Below, one piece after another: positions 27,303 through 39,547 of a stretch of DNA of 64,000 nt (position 1 is its first letter; each line of letters begins with the position of its first letter). Both the position numbers and the translations under genes were made by a program. The notes below the pieces were generated by a model. It did no database searches. It had not been told where the DNA came from and saw nothing but the letters and a program-made list of their open reading frames with translations. The DNA lies in the NCBI GenBank assembly GCA_028023455.1, contig JAQFVV010000007.1:4278001-4342000 (forward strand). Reading direction: 5' to 3'. The stretch comes from Epiperipatus broadwayi. Taxonomy: Eukaryota; Animalia; Onychophora.

Positions 27303-27900
27303 TACCTTCTGTACAAAACCCATGATTTAAAACATTTTATTAATTGGTAAAACTTTTCTTTATATTTAATTAAAAAGCCTTAAATATAATGTTTATTTGC
27401 ATCAATATTTTGTAGTTTTTATTTATTGATTGATTGATTTTATATTGCAGTAGTTGGGAATGTACTAACTGTATTTTATTTATTTAGTATTAATAAATTA
27501 TTTTTTATTAATCAATTTGATTTATTTTTGCTTTATGAACTCGTCCCAAACATATGCCATTAATATCCACTAACCCTAATGAAGGCATAATTAGGGTGCA
27601 ATGGAATAGTGATCATAATATTAAGAAATCCAGAAGCTAACTTTCTATTTAGAAAGTTTGGTGCCTAAAGATTAATTGTAAATTAAATCTAGAAAAAGAA
27701 ATTAAAATGCTTTTGGAAAAGTTATACTTAGTTTAACCTTCATTGCTAAGATTTTTTATCATCATCATGAAAGTATTTTTGCATTAAATGTAGGTTTTTG
27801 ATCATCATCATCATCATCAACATGTTGGTTATATTAAATGTATATGTTTGAGTTTAACAATTTTATTTGAATTTATGACTTATTTTCAAACCATTACAAT
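26165..27900 (+). repeat. Long diverged direct repeat, copy 2 (no Penelope insertion)
   Basis: Colinear with 19050-23170 once the PLE is removed. (TA)n at about 27232-27298. Confidence 0.8.
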
Positions 27901-28880
27901 ATGTAAAAATTACATTATAGTGATTTTTAATTTGATTTATTGTAATATACACACTTGTAGTTTTTTGTTATTGTACTAATGTACTATTTTTGTAGGATAA
28001 TACTCTGCATCTCTCTACTTATTAAGCCCTATATTGCTAATAAAGATTATTTCCAACAAAACGGTTATGAATTAATGTTGTACTTTAATAACAATTCAAT
28101 TTTTGATTGTTCTTCATTTCAAATAAAATTTTTGATTGTTCTGTATTCAAGAATTTGTTATAAAAATCATATAACATTACAGTACTAGCCAAAGAAACAA
28201 TTTTTTTTACTAAAATTTTTCGATAATCATGGATTCATCTTGTGACAAAATAGATCTTTCAAGTGAAATTCAACAAAATAGAAACAACATATATATATAT
28301 ATATATATATACAAATATATATGTTGTACATATATATATATATATATATACACAAAACAAAATAGTCTTATCACCATTCACCTCAAAAATCAATTTCTTT
28401 TAACATCAAAGAATGTCTTCATGAAATTTATCGTTTTAGATTCAAGAAAATTTATTATCAGAATTTTTTTTTTTTTAAATTCATTTCTTTTATAAAATAT
28501 AACCTCTGCATTGTCAAATAACATTTTATGACCTGTATTCAGTTCATAAATATACAAAATTGAGTTATAATATTTATTTTTAATTCTACTCTTATGAATG
28601 TTAATTCTTTTCATTAAGACTTAATTTACTTTGACTTATATAAATTTTAAAGTTGCATAAGATCTTATAAACTATACTAGAAATAGATTTGCTATCAATT
28701 GATTGTTATAAACTATTTAATAATGAATTGAAATCAAGTTCTTTCTTCAAGGTCACTTTTATCTCATCTATTAGATATTTATTGTGTGGTATGAAAGCAT
28801 CCAGGAAAAATGGTCTTGATTTAAAAATCATAAAAATACATGTGAGATCTCACACACATTCTTATGATTTGAGAAAGAGG

Positions 28881-28924
28881 ATGCTCTGAGGAAGGTACTT
28901 GATATTGTACTGAAACGTCAGTAT
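28881..28924 (+). ncRNA. Minimal type I hammerhead ribozyme motif
   Basis: ATGCT-CTGAGGA-AG-GTAC[TTGATATT]GTAC-T-GAAAC-GTC-AGTAT: stem I ATGCT/AGTAT, core CUGANGA and GAAA, stem II GTAC/GTAC, palindromic ACGT, GUC cleavage triplet at 28917-28919. Confidence 0.75.
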
Positions 28925-29035
28925 TTATCTTTTTCACTACACAGAATATCCCGCAAATAGTAATAATAACATGACATATATATATATATATATATATATG
29001 GGATCTTCCATGTAATAAAAATATAATAGCTAAGT

Positions 29036-29077
29036 AGCTGCCATTTTAATACAATAACAACTACATTCCTCAGAGCT
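29036..29077 (-). ncRNA. Decayed hammerhead motif, inverted copy
   Basis: Minus strand AGCT-CTGAGGA-ATGTAGTTGTTATTGTATT-AAAATGGC-AGCT, within an inverted unit at about 29000-29125. Confidence 0.55.
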
Positions 29078-29312
29078 TCTTCTTTTTCAAATTATCAAAA
29101 TGTGTGCTGAGATTTAAAATCCTTATTTTTTCCTTTATTAATTTCTTCTCATTCTCAAATTTATTGATTGGGAAGTTTTAAAAAATTTTATCTGCCAATA
29201 GCTTTTTTCAAATATTGTTAATTTTTTTTAATTCACACTTTTTATTTATGCTCTTAGACCTTTTAAATTCCCTTTAGCAGTCTCTGGACATATTCTTATG
29301 ATTTGAGAAAGA

Positions 29313-29354
29313 AGTTCTGAGGAAAATATTTATTATTGTACAGAAATGTCAGTT
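29313..29354 (+). ncRNA. Decayed hammerhead motif, third copy
   Basis: AGTT-CTGAGGA-AAATATTTATTATTGTACA-GAAAT-GTC-AGTT. The upstream TTCTTATGATTTGAGAAAGA is shared with copy 1. Confidence 0.6.
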
Positions 29355-29424
29355 ATTTAGCTATTATATATTTATTACATGGATGCTATTGGAAATAATA
29401 CTATGAATTCATATATATATATAT

Positions 29425-31684
29425 GAGAAAAATGTTAAAAGGAAATGGACATGGAAGCATCCAAATGAAGGTACAGCAGAATTGGATTATATTTTGACTA
29501 ACAGAAAATACATATTTCAAGATTGTAATGTTCTTAATAAATTTAACACAGGAAGTGATCATCGATTAGTAAGGTGTAAGTTATGTGTTAATGTAAAACT
29601 AGAGAGACAAAAATTATTAAGAAAAACAATATTTACAGTTGATATTCCTAATCTTCAGAAACATTCTAATAAATTTAAATTAGAACTTACAAATAGGTTT
29701 CAAGTGTTAGGAGATTTTGAACATGATACAGATTTGAATGAAATTAATATGAAAATAACTGATACACTTTTAAAAACTGCAACAAACATAGCTGGTAGAA
29801 AAAAGCAGCAATTGACTAATAAAATTTCTACTGAGACTAGAGAATTTATGAAGAAAAGAAGGAATATGAAGATATACAAAAATGATGTATTAAAAAGAAT
29901 TGAATATCTCGAATTTTGTAAAATGGTACGAAAAAGAGTTGAAAATGATATAAGAAAATATAACTGTGAAATAGCAAGGAAAGCTGTAGAAGAAAATAAA
30001 AGTCTCAAAAATGTTAAACAACATTTTGGTATTGGTAGGAAATTTATATCTGCAATAAAAAAAAAAGATGAAATTATTACTAAAAAGAGAGATGACATTA
30101 TGAAATTGGTAGAAGATTTTTATCAAGAATTATATAGTAATAAAGAACAAGTACCTCCTATATCTATTACATCTTCCGAATTGCCCAGAATTTTAAATGA
30201 AGAAGTGAGACATGCAATTAAGTATATGAAGAAAGGAAAGGCTCCAGGAAATGATGGAATTATAATTGATATATTAAAAGAAGCAGGTGAAGAAATAGAA
30301 ACAATTTTAGCAAAGTTATAAACCAAATGTCTAAATGATAAAGATGTACCGGAAGATTGGAAGAATGCAGTAATAATATTAATATTTAAAAAAGGTGATA
30401 AAGAAGATATTAGAAATTACAGACCTATCAGCCTTTTATCAGTTTTATATAAAATTTTTACCAAGATAATTACAACTCGTCTACAGAGAACTTTGGATTT
30501 CCACCAACCAAGAGAACAATCTGGATTTAAAAGTGGTTTTAGTACAATAGATCATATCCAGGTATTGAGAGAAGTCATAGAAAGGACAAATGAATATGAG
30601 TTGTCTTTATGTTTTGGATTTGTAGATTATGAAAAGGCATTTGATTCTATACACATTTCTTCAGTGATTAAAGCATTGGATCCAGGATATTGTCATATTT
30701 TAAAGAATATTTATAAAAATGCAACAGCAACAATTAGATTACATAATGATACTGGAAAAATCAACATTGAGAAAGGTGTAAGACAAGGTGACTCCATATC
30801 TCCAAAACTCTTTACAGCAGTTCTGCAAGAAGTATTTTGTGGATTAAAATGGGAAACTAAAGGAGTGAAAGTAAATGGAGAGTATTTAAGTCATTTAGAT
30901 TTCGCAGATGATGTAGTTGTTTTTGCAAATAATGCTTCAGAGCTGCAGGAAATGTTGCAGGAGTTAGCAGATGAAAGTAGAAAAGTAGGACTAAAGATAA
31001 ATGTTAAAAAAACTAAAGTAATGTTTAATCGATTTGCTCAAAATATGAAAATAAAGATTGATTATGAAGAATTAGAAGAAGTTAACAGTTACAAATACCT
31101 TGGTCAGATTATTAATACAGATGGAAACATAATGGAGGAAATTAATCATAGAATTAAACTTGGTTGGAGTGCTTTTGGTAGAAATAACTTGATATTAAAA
31201 GGAAATATGCCTATGTGTTTGAAAAGGATGGTTTTTAACAAATGTGTTTTACCATTTCTTACTTATGGATCTGAGACTTGGACACTTAATATAAGAGCAA
31301 TACAGAGACTTCAGACCACTCAAAGAAGTATGGAGAGGTGTATGTTGGGAGTAACAAGAAGAGATCGAAAATGCAATGTATGGGTAAGACAACAAACAGG
31401 TGTTACTGACCTTATTGAAAAAATTAAAAGATTGAAATGGAATTGGGCTGGACATATTGCTAGAAGAGATGATAATAGATGGACAATTGAAATTTTCAAC
31501 TGTATTCCAAGAGATTGTAAAAGACCCAGAAAGAGACCACATGTGAGATGGATGGATGAAATAAGAAAATGTGCAGGGGTGTTGTGGAGAAGAGAAGCTA
31601 AAGATCGGAGAAGATGGATTAAACTTGGAGAGACCTTCATCCTGCAGTGGATTGATAATGGTTGATGATGATGATGATGATGAT
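29425..31684 (+). mobile_element. RTE-clade LINE family A, 5'-truncated, frameshifted
   Basis: APE C-terminus (ELDYIL..GSDHRLV), RT motifs FVDYEKAFDS, GVRQGDSISPKLF and FADD, C-terminal RLKWNWAGH..RWMD, and a (GAT)n tail. (TA)n on both flanks. Confidence 0.95.
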
Positions 31685-32867
31685 ATATATATATATTGAG
31701 ACAGACATGTTTCATATATATAATTTGAAGTGCCCTCCCCCCATTTAAAACTGTCAAGATAAAATTAAAAAAGCTGACACAGTTTTCAAAAATAAAAGTT
31801 AAAACAGAGAAATAAAAAAATGACAGCAATTTAAAAATTAATATTTTAAAATATTAAAAGTACTGTTAAAATGTAGTATCTTGCAAAAGTTTAATGTCTG
31901 CAGATTATCAAAAAGAAGACTGTAATTAACAATTAATAAAAAAAAAAAAGATTGCCATGGGCATAAAAATCAATAGATGTTTTTCAAAAACATCAGATAA
32001 GAGTCATTAAAATCTCTTCCCACCAGAAATAGATGGCTAATGAGGAAAGAAAATAAACACACTGACTTCTGAGAAGATTGGTGTTAGATTTATTCCAAAA
32101 CTGAGAGATAAGAAAAGCAGAAAGAGATAAATAGGCCAGTAGAGATTGCTTAAGAGATTTTTGTAGCAAGCATATAGTTAGAAAGCATCAAGACTGTTAT
32201 TAGAGAAATCCATATTATATGACTAGTAACCCAACAAAGCTTGAAGCACAGTGAATAATAAAAAAAAAGAACCTGTGACTAAAAAAAATATTAAATGAAG
32301 AAACAAGTGGTTAAAATATTATATCTTCAAATGTTTGGGTAATCAAAAATAGATTTCTCTCTTCTCTGCCCTCAGTTCAGTTATGAAGTAAAATAAAATC
32401 AAGATCTGTGAACTGACCATCGACTTGTTAACTCAGAACACCTCTTATTGATTGGAAAATTTATAGTGAACTACCAGAAGATGTGGGTTCGGGTATGGAA
32501 ATTGTAAATCTTTTATAGCCTTTTATAATAAGTACAAATATTTTGTAAATTGTATTTCTTAAGTTAAAATATAATATAATGAAATGCCGTTTTTAAATCG
32601 ATTGATTGTAAGCAATACAAAAAGAAAATATACTTAAAAATGGAATGCAGTGTAGTAATAGGTGAAATAAAAATATTTTGTAAGATGTGTTTATTAAGAT
32701 AATCTATGATTTAATAAAATGTCATTTTCTGGATTGATTGATTATTAAAATGCTTCCAAATAATAAAAAAAAATTATTCTGAATAACGGTTATTGTTTTA
32801 TTAAAAAAAACTTTGATAGAATAAATTGCCTCTGGAACCACACATACATAAATTAAGAATTAAGAAA

Positions 32868-33281
32868 TAATAATGAAATCTCTTTCAAACAATGACTTCA
32901 AAATGTATTAATATGATGAATAAGTGGTTTTCAAGCCCACACTGAATATATTAAGTAATAATAAATCTCTTTCAAATAGTGATTTCAAAATAGTATTGAT
33001 ATGGTGAATAAGCAGTTCAAACCTACACTGAAGATATTAAGTAAGAATAAATCTCTTTCAAATAATGACATCAAACTGTATTGAAATGATGAATAAGTAG
33101 TTCAAACCCACACTGAATATATTAAATAATAATAAACCTTTCAAATAATAGCTTCAAACTGTATTGATATGATGAATAAGTAGTTCAAACCCACACTGAA
33201 TATATTAAGAAATAATAAATCTCTTCCCAATAATGACTTTAAACTGTACAGATATAATAAATAAGTGGTTCAAACCCACAC
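32868..33281 (+). repeat. Minisatellite, ~85-bp unit x5
   Basis: AATAATAAATCTCTTTCAAATAATGAC..GAATAAGTAGTTCAAACCCACACTGAATATATTAAG repeated. Confidence 0.92.
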
Positions 33282-33691
33282 TTGTATGATTTATAAAATA
33301 AAAATAAATACTTGGGATTCCTGAATTAAAACACATATTTCTTGATACCTGGATTAAAACAAGTACTTCAAGATACTTGGATAGAATAAATACTTCAAGA
33401 TACCTAAATAAATTAATTACTTCTATTTACATGGATACGTATCTATGCTGATGAGGAAACTTCAAACCTAGAAAGACAATTCCCACTCAGGAACCATCAG
33501 AAAAATATCCATAATGTGCACACGGATATGAAGACAGCCAGTATAGAGACTGTCAGCAAACTTTTTCTTCTTCTTTAAGAACTTTATAAGTCATATTGTT
33601 ATTAAATAAAATTATTGTTTTAAAATAAATAATACCTTTTGTCAATTTCATTTGCATCATTCACCCATTTATGCACTGTTTCACGAGAATC

Positions 33692-33968
33692 TCATGCCTC
33701 CTGAGCTATGTTTGGCATAACCAGACGATGGTAAGTAAGGTTGTACTGAGATGTAACTCTAGTGGCACCATTTGGGAAACCAAACACATAAATTTTTAGA
33801 TGCTTTCTGTCTCTATGGTGCTATGTCCTCTGATGAGCAGGAAATATTGTTGTAGGTGGGGTAACATCTGCATTGGGGAATGCCAATCAATAGTTTCTTC
33901 CTGCAATATGATCATCAGAAAATGTTTACAACCGATGTAAAGAGGTTGGATGATCTTGTCCAGTTACA
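33692..33968 (+). repeat. LTR-end-like dispersed repeat (partner of 16083-16351)
   Basis: Colinear match ending GTCCAGTTACA followed by TATATAT. Confidence 0.75.
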
Positions 33969-34143
33969 TATATATTGAAGCTCATTGTTATGTTATCCAT
34001 TAGGTGTTCGATCTGGGGCTTAGAGAGTGGGTTTGAGATCAGGCTGGTTCCTAACCCTAAATCTCAGGCTTGACTGATTTTGAAGTACATTTTGTGAGTT
34101 CCAGCTCATGTTAGATGGATAAACATGTTTTGACTGGTACAAT

Positions 34144-34175
<32 letters not shown>

Positions 34176-34998
34176 GAATGTTATTTGAAAAGATCTATTT
34201 GTTAATAGATGAAACTATAGTTGTGGAAAAAGTTTAATAAAAAAAATTTTGTTTTTAGACTTTTATTATAGGGTTATACGATTTTCTATTTTATTTATCA
34301 TTACTAGAATAATGGTAGGCAGCATTTAAGTATTCATTATATATATTTTAATGTTTCAATTAATGCTATAAATGATAAATATTTTAATAAATGGGAATTC
34401 TGTTTTTAATACAATTTACAGCTATAATCTGTCTAATCAAGATTAACTGCAAAAGGCTGAGAGAAAAAGTTCACTGTTAAAGATAACCTTTTCACTGTGT
34501 ACCAGCATGACATGGTACTATTTCTTTTAGCCTTACTTCATTAATTTAATTGGTTGATAGTTTAATAAAATTATAGTTGCAGATTTTTAACTAGTATTAG
34601 AAATGGTATTTCAATTTCTCACAATATTAAATATAAAATATCTCTTGTTCTTATGAAATTCAATGAAATTTTTTTTTTTTATAGTTCAAAAAAAATTTCT
34701 TAACATTAAGTATAAAAAAAATTCAATAGCAAAGTCAATTTCAGGATATTATGAATTTTGAAATAGGATTCATCCACAAAATAAAAGTAAATTACATGGA
34801 TCAATGTATACTATGCATAGAACAGTTAGATATTTTCTAAAATAAAATATATGATTTTATCTTGTGGTATCTAAAAATGTAATTGTAAGCTTGTTAATGA
34901 TAGATATTATTTTATACACAATTTTATTTACATTATAACATTGTATCAAAGACATTCTGAAAGGAATATAATTTATTTTATGGGGGAAAATATAGAAA

Positions 34999-35224
34999 TT
35001 TATAATTAGAAAAAAAAAAGTGAAAATCTTTTAGAAAAAAGATTGCTACAGATAAGATAAAAAACATTATCACAGAAAATCAAATAAGATCAAAGAACTA
35101 AACATTATCACAGAAAGTCAAATACAAGTTCTTTGATCTTATTTGACTTTCTGTGATAATGTTTTTTATCTCATCTGTAGCAATCTTTTTTCTAACAGAT
35201 TTTCACTTTTTTTAAAATTGTAAA
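34999..35224. repeat. ~100-bp-arm fold-back with an arm-derived spacer
   Basis: 34999-35099 versus 35127-35224 are near-perfect reverse complements. The spacer AAACATTATCACAGAAAGTCAAATA re-copies part of the arm. Confidence 0.92.
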
Positions 35225-36459
35225 GTGGAGTTCAAAGCTGCTTTGTATAATTGTCACAAAACTCATCTTTAACTTTTTGCTCTTCTTAGTCTTCCTCTTT
35301 TCTAAAGTTATTCTACTAATTTACATGTATTTTCTAAGGTAATGAATAAAAATCAGTAGATTGCCATACACACTTGCAAAAAAATTTTAAACAAAAATTA
35401 ATATCCTAAAATAATTATTAATTCCTGTAATGTTATACTTAAAGAAAAACTTAGTGAAATATTAATTACATCTGAGTTTAAGTACAGCTTTATGCAAATA
35501 ATTTATTGGCCATTTTAAAATGCTTTTATATAACTTAGAAAATATATTTGCTTGTTTGGGTCAAATTTTGTAACTGATTTTTAGTATACTTCTATCAACT
35601 GTATTTTTCTTCAAATTTTGTACATGTTTTAGATACAATGACAATACAACTTATAATGCAATATTACAGGTTTGTCCAACTGCTTGTTTATCCTAATGGG
35701 GTTGGTGGAACAAATTTCAAACAGCATTGATATTAATTCAATAAGTTTTCAGTAATGTACAGTGGTAGTATATTTTTAAATTTATTTATTTGATGAATTT
35801 TATGACAAATTCACTAAAAAAATTTAGTGTTAATTAAAATAGAAAGAAAAAGAATGAAGGCTAAACTCTTAATTTCTCTTTATTGTTTTACTAAAGCTTT
35901 TTTTAAAATGCTGTTTCATAAATATTGTAAGCAATTTTTAACATATGTCAATTCCATTTCAAAGACTAGAACTATGGCAACATTGTTTACATTCTCTGTT
36001 TTAAATTGGAACATGAGTTGGTACAAGTTTATTACTAAATATCTGAAAACTAAAAAATAATATATATAAAAACTATTTTATAAATTTTTTTATTTATTTA
36101 ATTTGAAAAGTAACTCATTAAAAACCAAATTTTTTTTTCATGGATGACAATTTGAATTGGTTATATTTAACTTGAAATAAAAGTGTAGGGTCTCCATATT
36201 ATAAAACTAATTATTAATTGATTACTTTACGGACATCCCACTTATCTTATTTATTTTGTGTTAAATATTTCCCCTTTTAATGCATTATTCTTTTAATTAA
36301 ATAAAATGTTTTTTTAGAAAATATTTTTAAATATTTTATTTTCTTTCAGTCAAAATGAAATTCTTTCATTTTTTTTAAACTGTTAATTGAAGTTACCTAA
36401 AAATTAATTACACATTCATTTACACTCTAAATATTAGAGCTTATTTTATTTGTTTACTC

Positions 36460-37135
36460 TAAGGATTGATTGCTCAGAATCTGTAACACTAATGTTGAAG
36501 GATATTAGAGTGTCAAATTGTCAACTGCAATATTTTTACTCTTTTGTTTTCAATTAAGAATGTGTTCATTCATTCATTTGGCAATTGTTTCTTACAGTAA
36601 ATTATTCATGCTATCATAGAGGTTTTGATGTTGCTGTAAAGAGATGCTAATAAGATAATGAATTATTATTGATAATGTGTCCTTGTTTAGTATTCTCATC
36701 TTGATTGTTGAGTTTACCTTACTTAATCAATATTTTATAAATCCTCCAAGTATTTCATTAGGATCTGAAGATTTTTCATTTTTAAGATTACTAAGAACTG
36801 TTTTGACTTCACTAAACTGGATAACTTTATCCAAATATAAATGATTAGATAAAAATGAATATATCATTAAAAGTCGTCATCTCAATTCTTCTATTAGATC
36901 AACATATTATTTCTACCTGTTCAAAATATCATTGTTGTCATTAAAGAGAATGCCATTTCTGGATTTAATAGAAATGTGATACCATTCATCTTGTCTGTGT
37001 GTTATTTTCCAAATATCAAAAAAAAAAAGGTATAGTGTTACCATGATCAGAAAATTTCTGTATCGTTTATGCAGTTTTAATCCACCAATCATTTTAAAGA
37101 TTTTTGTTAGTCATTGAACTTTTGCCTTTAGACCA
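36460..37135 (-). mobile_element. RTE family B relic
   Basis: DKVIQFSEVKTVLSNLKNEKSSDPNEI; colinear with about 45880-46350. Confidence 0.7.
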
Positions 37136-38099
37136 TTGTATTTATTAGGAAGTTCCATATTTAATTTATTATTATGCAATCAGAAAATTCCATTGTTATT
37201 TTCTTTTAATAAAATTAGTATGGAGATTATTAAAATAATCGATAATATGCATACAATAAGGAAGGTGAAAAGCCATGTGTGTGTGTGTGTAAAAAAATCA
37301 GATATAATAATCTTTAACTTGAATTAAAGTTCATATCTGTGCTAGAGAAAAACTCTAGTTTAATAACTGATTAATGATAAACGTAGTTAGGTTTATCAAA
37401 AATGCAGGAAGTCGAGATTGTGAGTGGAGCAAGTTTGACAGTTGTAAATAAAGATGTGACAATTCGCCATGGATAAATACTCTTTATGTAATAAAGGCAT
37501 ATATGAGAGCTGGTGACCAGGGACAGCCGATGAGTGCTGGTCCAGTATGAAATGCATCTTGGGGGCATTTGTCTTTTATTGTATCTTTATTTATATGAAG
37601 AATAATAAAAAAGAAAGAGGCAATATGGAGATTATTAAAATAATAAGTTTATTGTCAGAAAACCAATCATGAGCCTTCTTTATAATGAATCAAAGAATAC
37701 ATTTAATTGTATTCATAAGATATTCCTTAAGAAAATTCTATGCTTCATTAATACGATAGACATGAAGATTCAAATTAATAATTTTAGGGTTTAATAGCTG
37801 TTGAAATTTAGTATATATAATAAATATATCTAAGGAATGAACATCAATTTTCATATCAATATGATTGGAATATCTATTTTTTTAATGTAACTATCATTTT
37901 GATATTGAAGTATATTAATTTGTAATCTATCTAACATCTGACCTTATAAGTTCTTGCATAATGTGAATGTCTTTTGAAATTTTGACTCCTAAGTATAATA
38001 TAATCTATTATATATTATTCTTTTGAATGTGGATGCATCCATGTTTTCTTGTAGTGTTTATCATAATCAATTCATGCATTGTACAAAAATTTAATAATA

Positions 38100-38300
38100 A
38101 CAAAGTATTTAAATTTCCGTGACTAATACAATTAATTTCAATAACTTTTGGCTAAAGTCTACCATTTGATATTCTAGTGGCATTGCTGCAATGATGTTTT
38201 CAAACACGAAATGAAAGCTTTCCATCTCTGAATATAAGGTTGGAGAATTAGACACTAATATCATGAGCACTAGCACCACTGTGCAAGGCAAGATAAACTT
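38100..38300 (-). pseudogene. Possible hAT C-terminal dimerisation-domain relic
   Basis: Broken reading ..PTLYSEMESF..RV*KHH..SNGRL*..IEIN resembles the (ERSFS..K...R...RL) pattern. Confidence 0.25.
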
Positions 38301-39438
38301 TCTTCCTATAGGAATTAGTTTACTAAGAACAATTTTATCAATCTTAAATCTTCACAGCTCAACTAGTGCAGTTTTCTTTTATTTTGTAAAGTTCACACTT
38401 CCCATGTACCTATATTTAAAAAAAGATTTATAATGTTTACCTTTAGGTCTACTGTTGCTTCCTGTTTTACCACCATTACTAATATTATTGATGCTATCAT
38501 TATTATTTCTATCATTGCAGTGACTAATCCACCAGGTGCAACATGCAACAACTTATCCAAACTGTGTGAGGTATCCAATGCTTAGATTACATTTTCTAGG
38601 TCCTCCCATTTTCATGGTAGGCAGAGGAATATAAATCTTTGCCAGTTAAAATTTCATGCTTCACTCAAATCAACTTCTGAATTAGCTCATCAGTGATTGT
38701 ACTGCATTGAGCAAAGATTTAAGGACTTCCAGTTGCTTTATTATTGTTTTGTTAATTCTTGAGGATTTGAACTAAAAAAAAAAAAAAAAGGAATTCAAGT
38801 CATAAATGTTGTGTGGATCAATTAAAAAATGGTAATGAAGTTGCCCAAGCACACAGTTTTATTGTCATAGTTGCTATAAGGAGATTCCCAATGGCATAAG
38901 AGACTCTTAATAACAGGGCTCTATAGTATCCCAAATGACTGAAAAATAAAAAAGAGGTAGACAAAAAGTACTGTATTGAAACAGTATTTAGTTTTTAAGA
39001 AGGAGCTTTTGGTTGGACCTGTTTATTTGTATTTGTTATTCACAGTTGGCCTTCATATCCAAACATCATCTCTATATTTGTCACTTGTGGAGTCTATTGG
39101 TAATCTGAGCACAGCACCTGATAAATTTCCTGCATTTACATTTTTATACCATATACTTCAAATAAATGCATTAATATTTATTACTAATCATTTATTAGGC
39201 TAGACATCACCAAACTCAATTTGTGTTAAACTAACATTCTTCCTTTGGCCCGGGTCATAATCCCTTACACTTACCTTCATCATTTGTTTAGTATTTATCA
39301 ATATTAGATTATTACATTTAATCTTTAAGGGTCAAATTTACTGCACGCACATCTTTGACCCTCTCCACTTTAGACAAATGCATTAATATTCATTACCAAG
39401 CGTTTACTAGGCTAAACATTGTGACTAGCTTAAATTTC

Positions 39439-39547
39439 TTTTTTTTTTTTTTTAAAGTGTCATAGCATCGGCCGGGACGCGCAACCCGGGCAACTGCCTG
39501 CAAATGCAAGGCAGTCGCGCTGACCTCTCGACCACCAATGCAAGACA
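39439..39547 (-). mobile_element. tRNA-Gly-derived ultra-short SINE with poly(A) and a 15-bp TSD
   Basis: tRNA-like head 39465-39541 (GCATTGG..CCGATGC), trailer TATGACAC, A-tail. TSD ACTAGCTTAAATTTC at 39424-39438 and 39548-39562. Confidence 0.9.

Noticed and set aside
29700-31829. Antisense ORFs over RTE copies (also 59262-59663, 59994-60233)
   Set aside because: Shadow frames of the RTE ORF produced by codon bias.
32868-33281. CRISPR-like array (also 14995-15650)
   Set aside because: Whole units are homologous with no unique spacers, the context is eukaryotic, and no cas genes are present.
33449-33475. CTGATGA..GAAA as a hammerhead (also 33831-33845)
   Set aside because: No stem II or stem I pairing around the core motifs.
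39465-39541. Functional tRNA gene (also 672-751 and 45494-45571)
   Set aside because: Non-canonical anticodon and T loops, no A discriminator, and poly(A) plus TSD (in the 39.4 and 45.5 kb copies) indicate retroposition.
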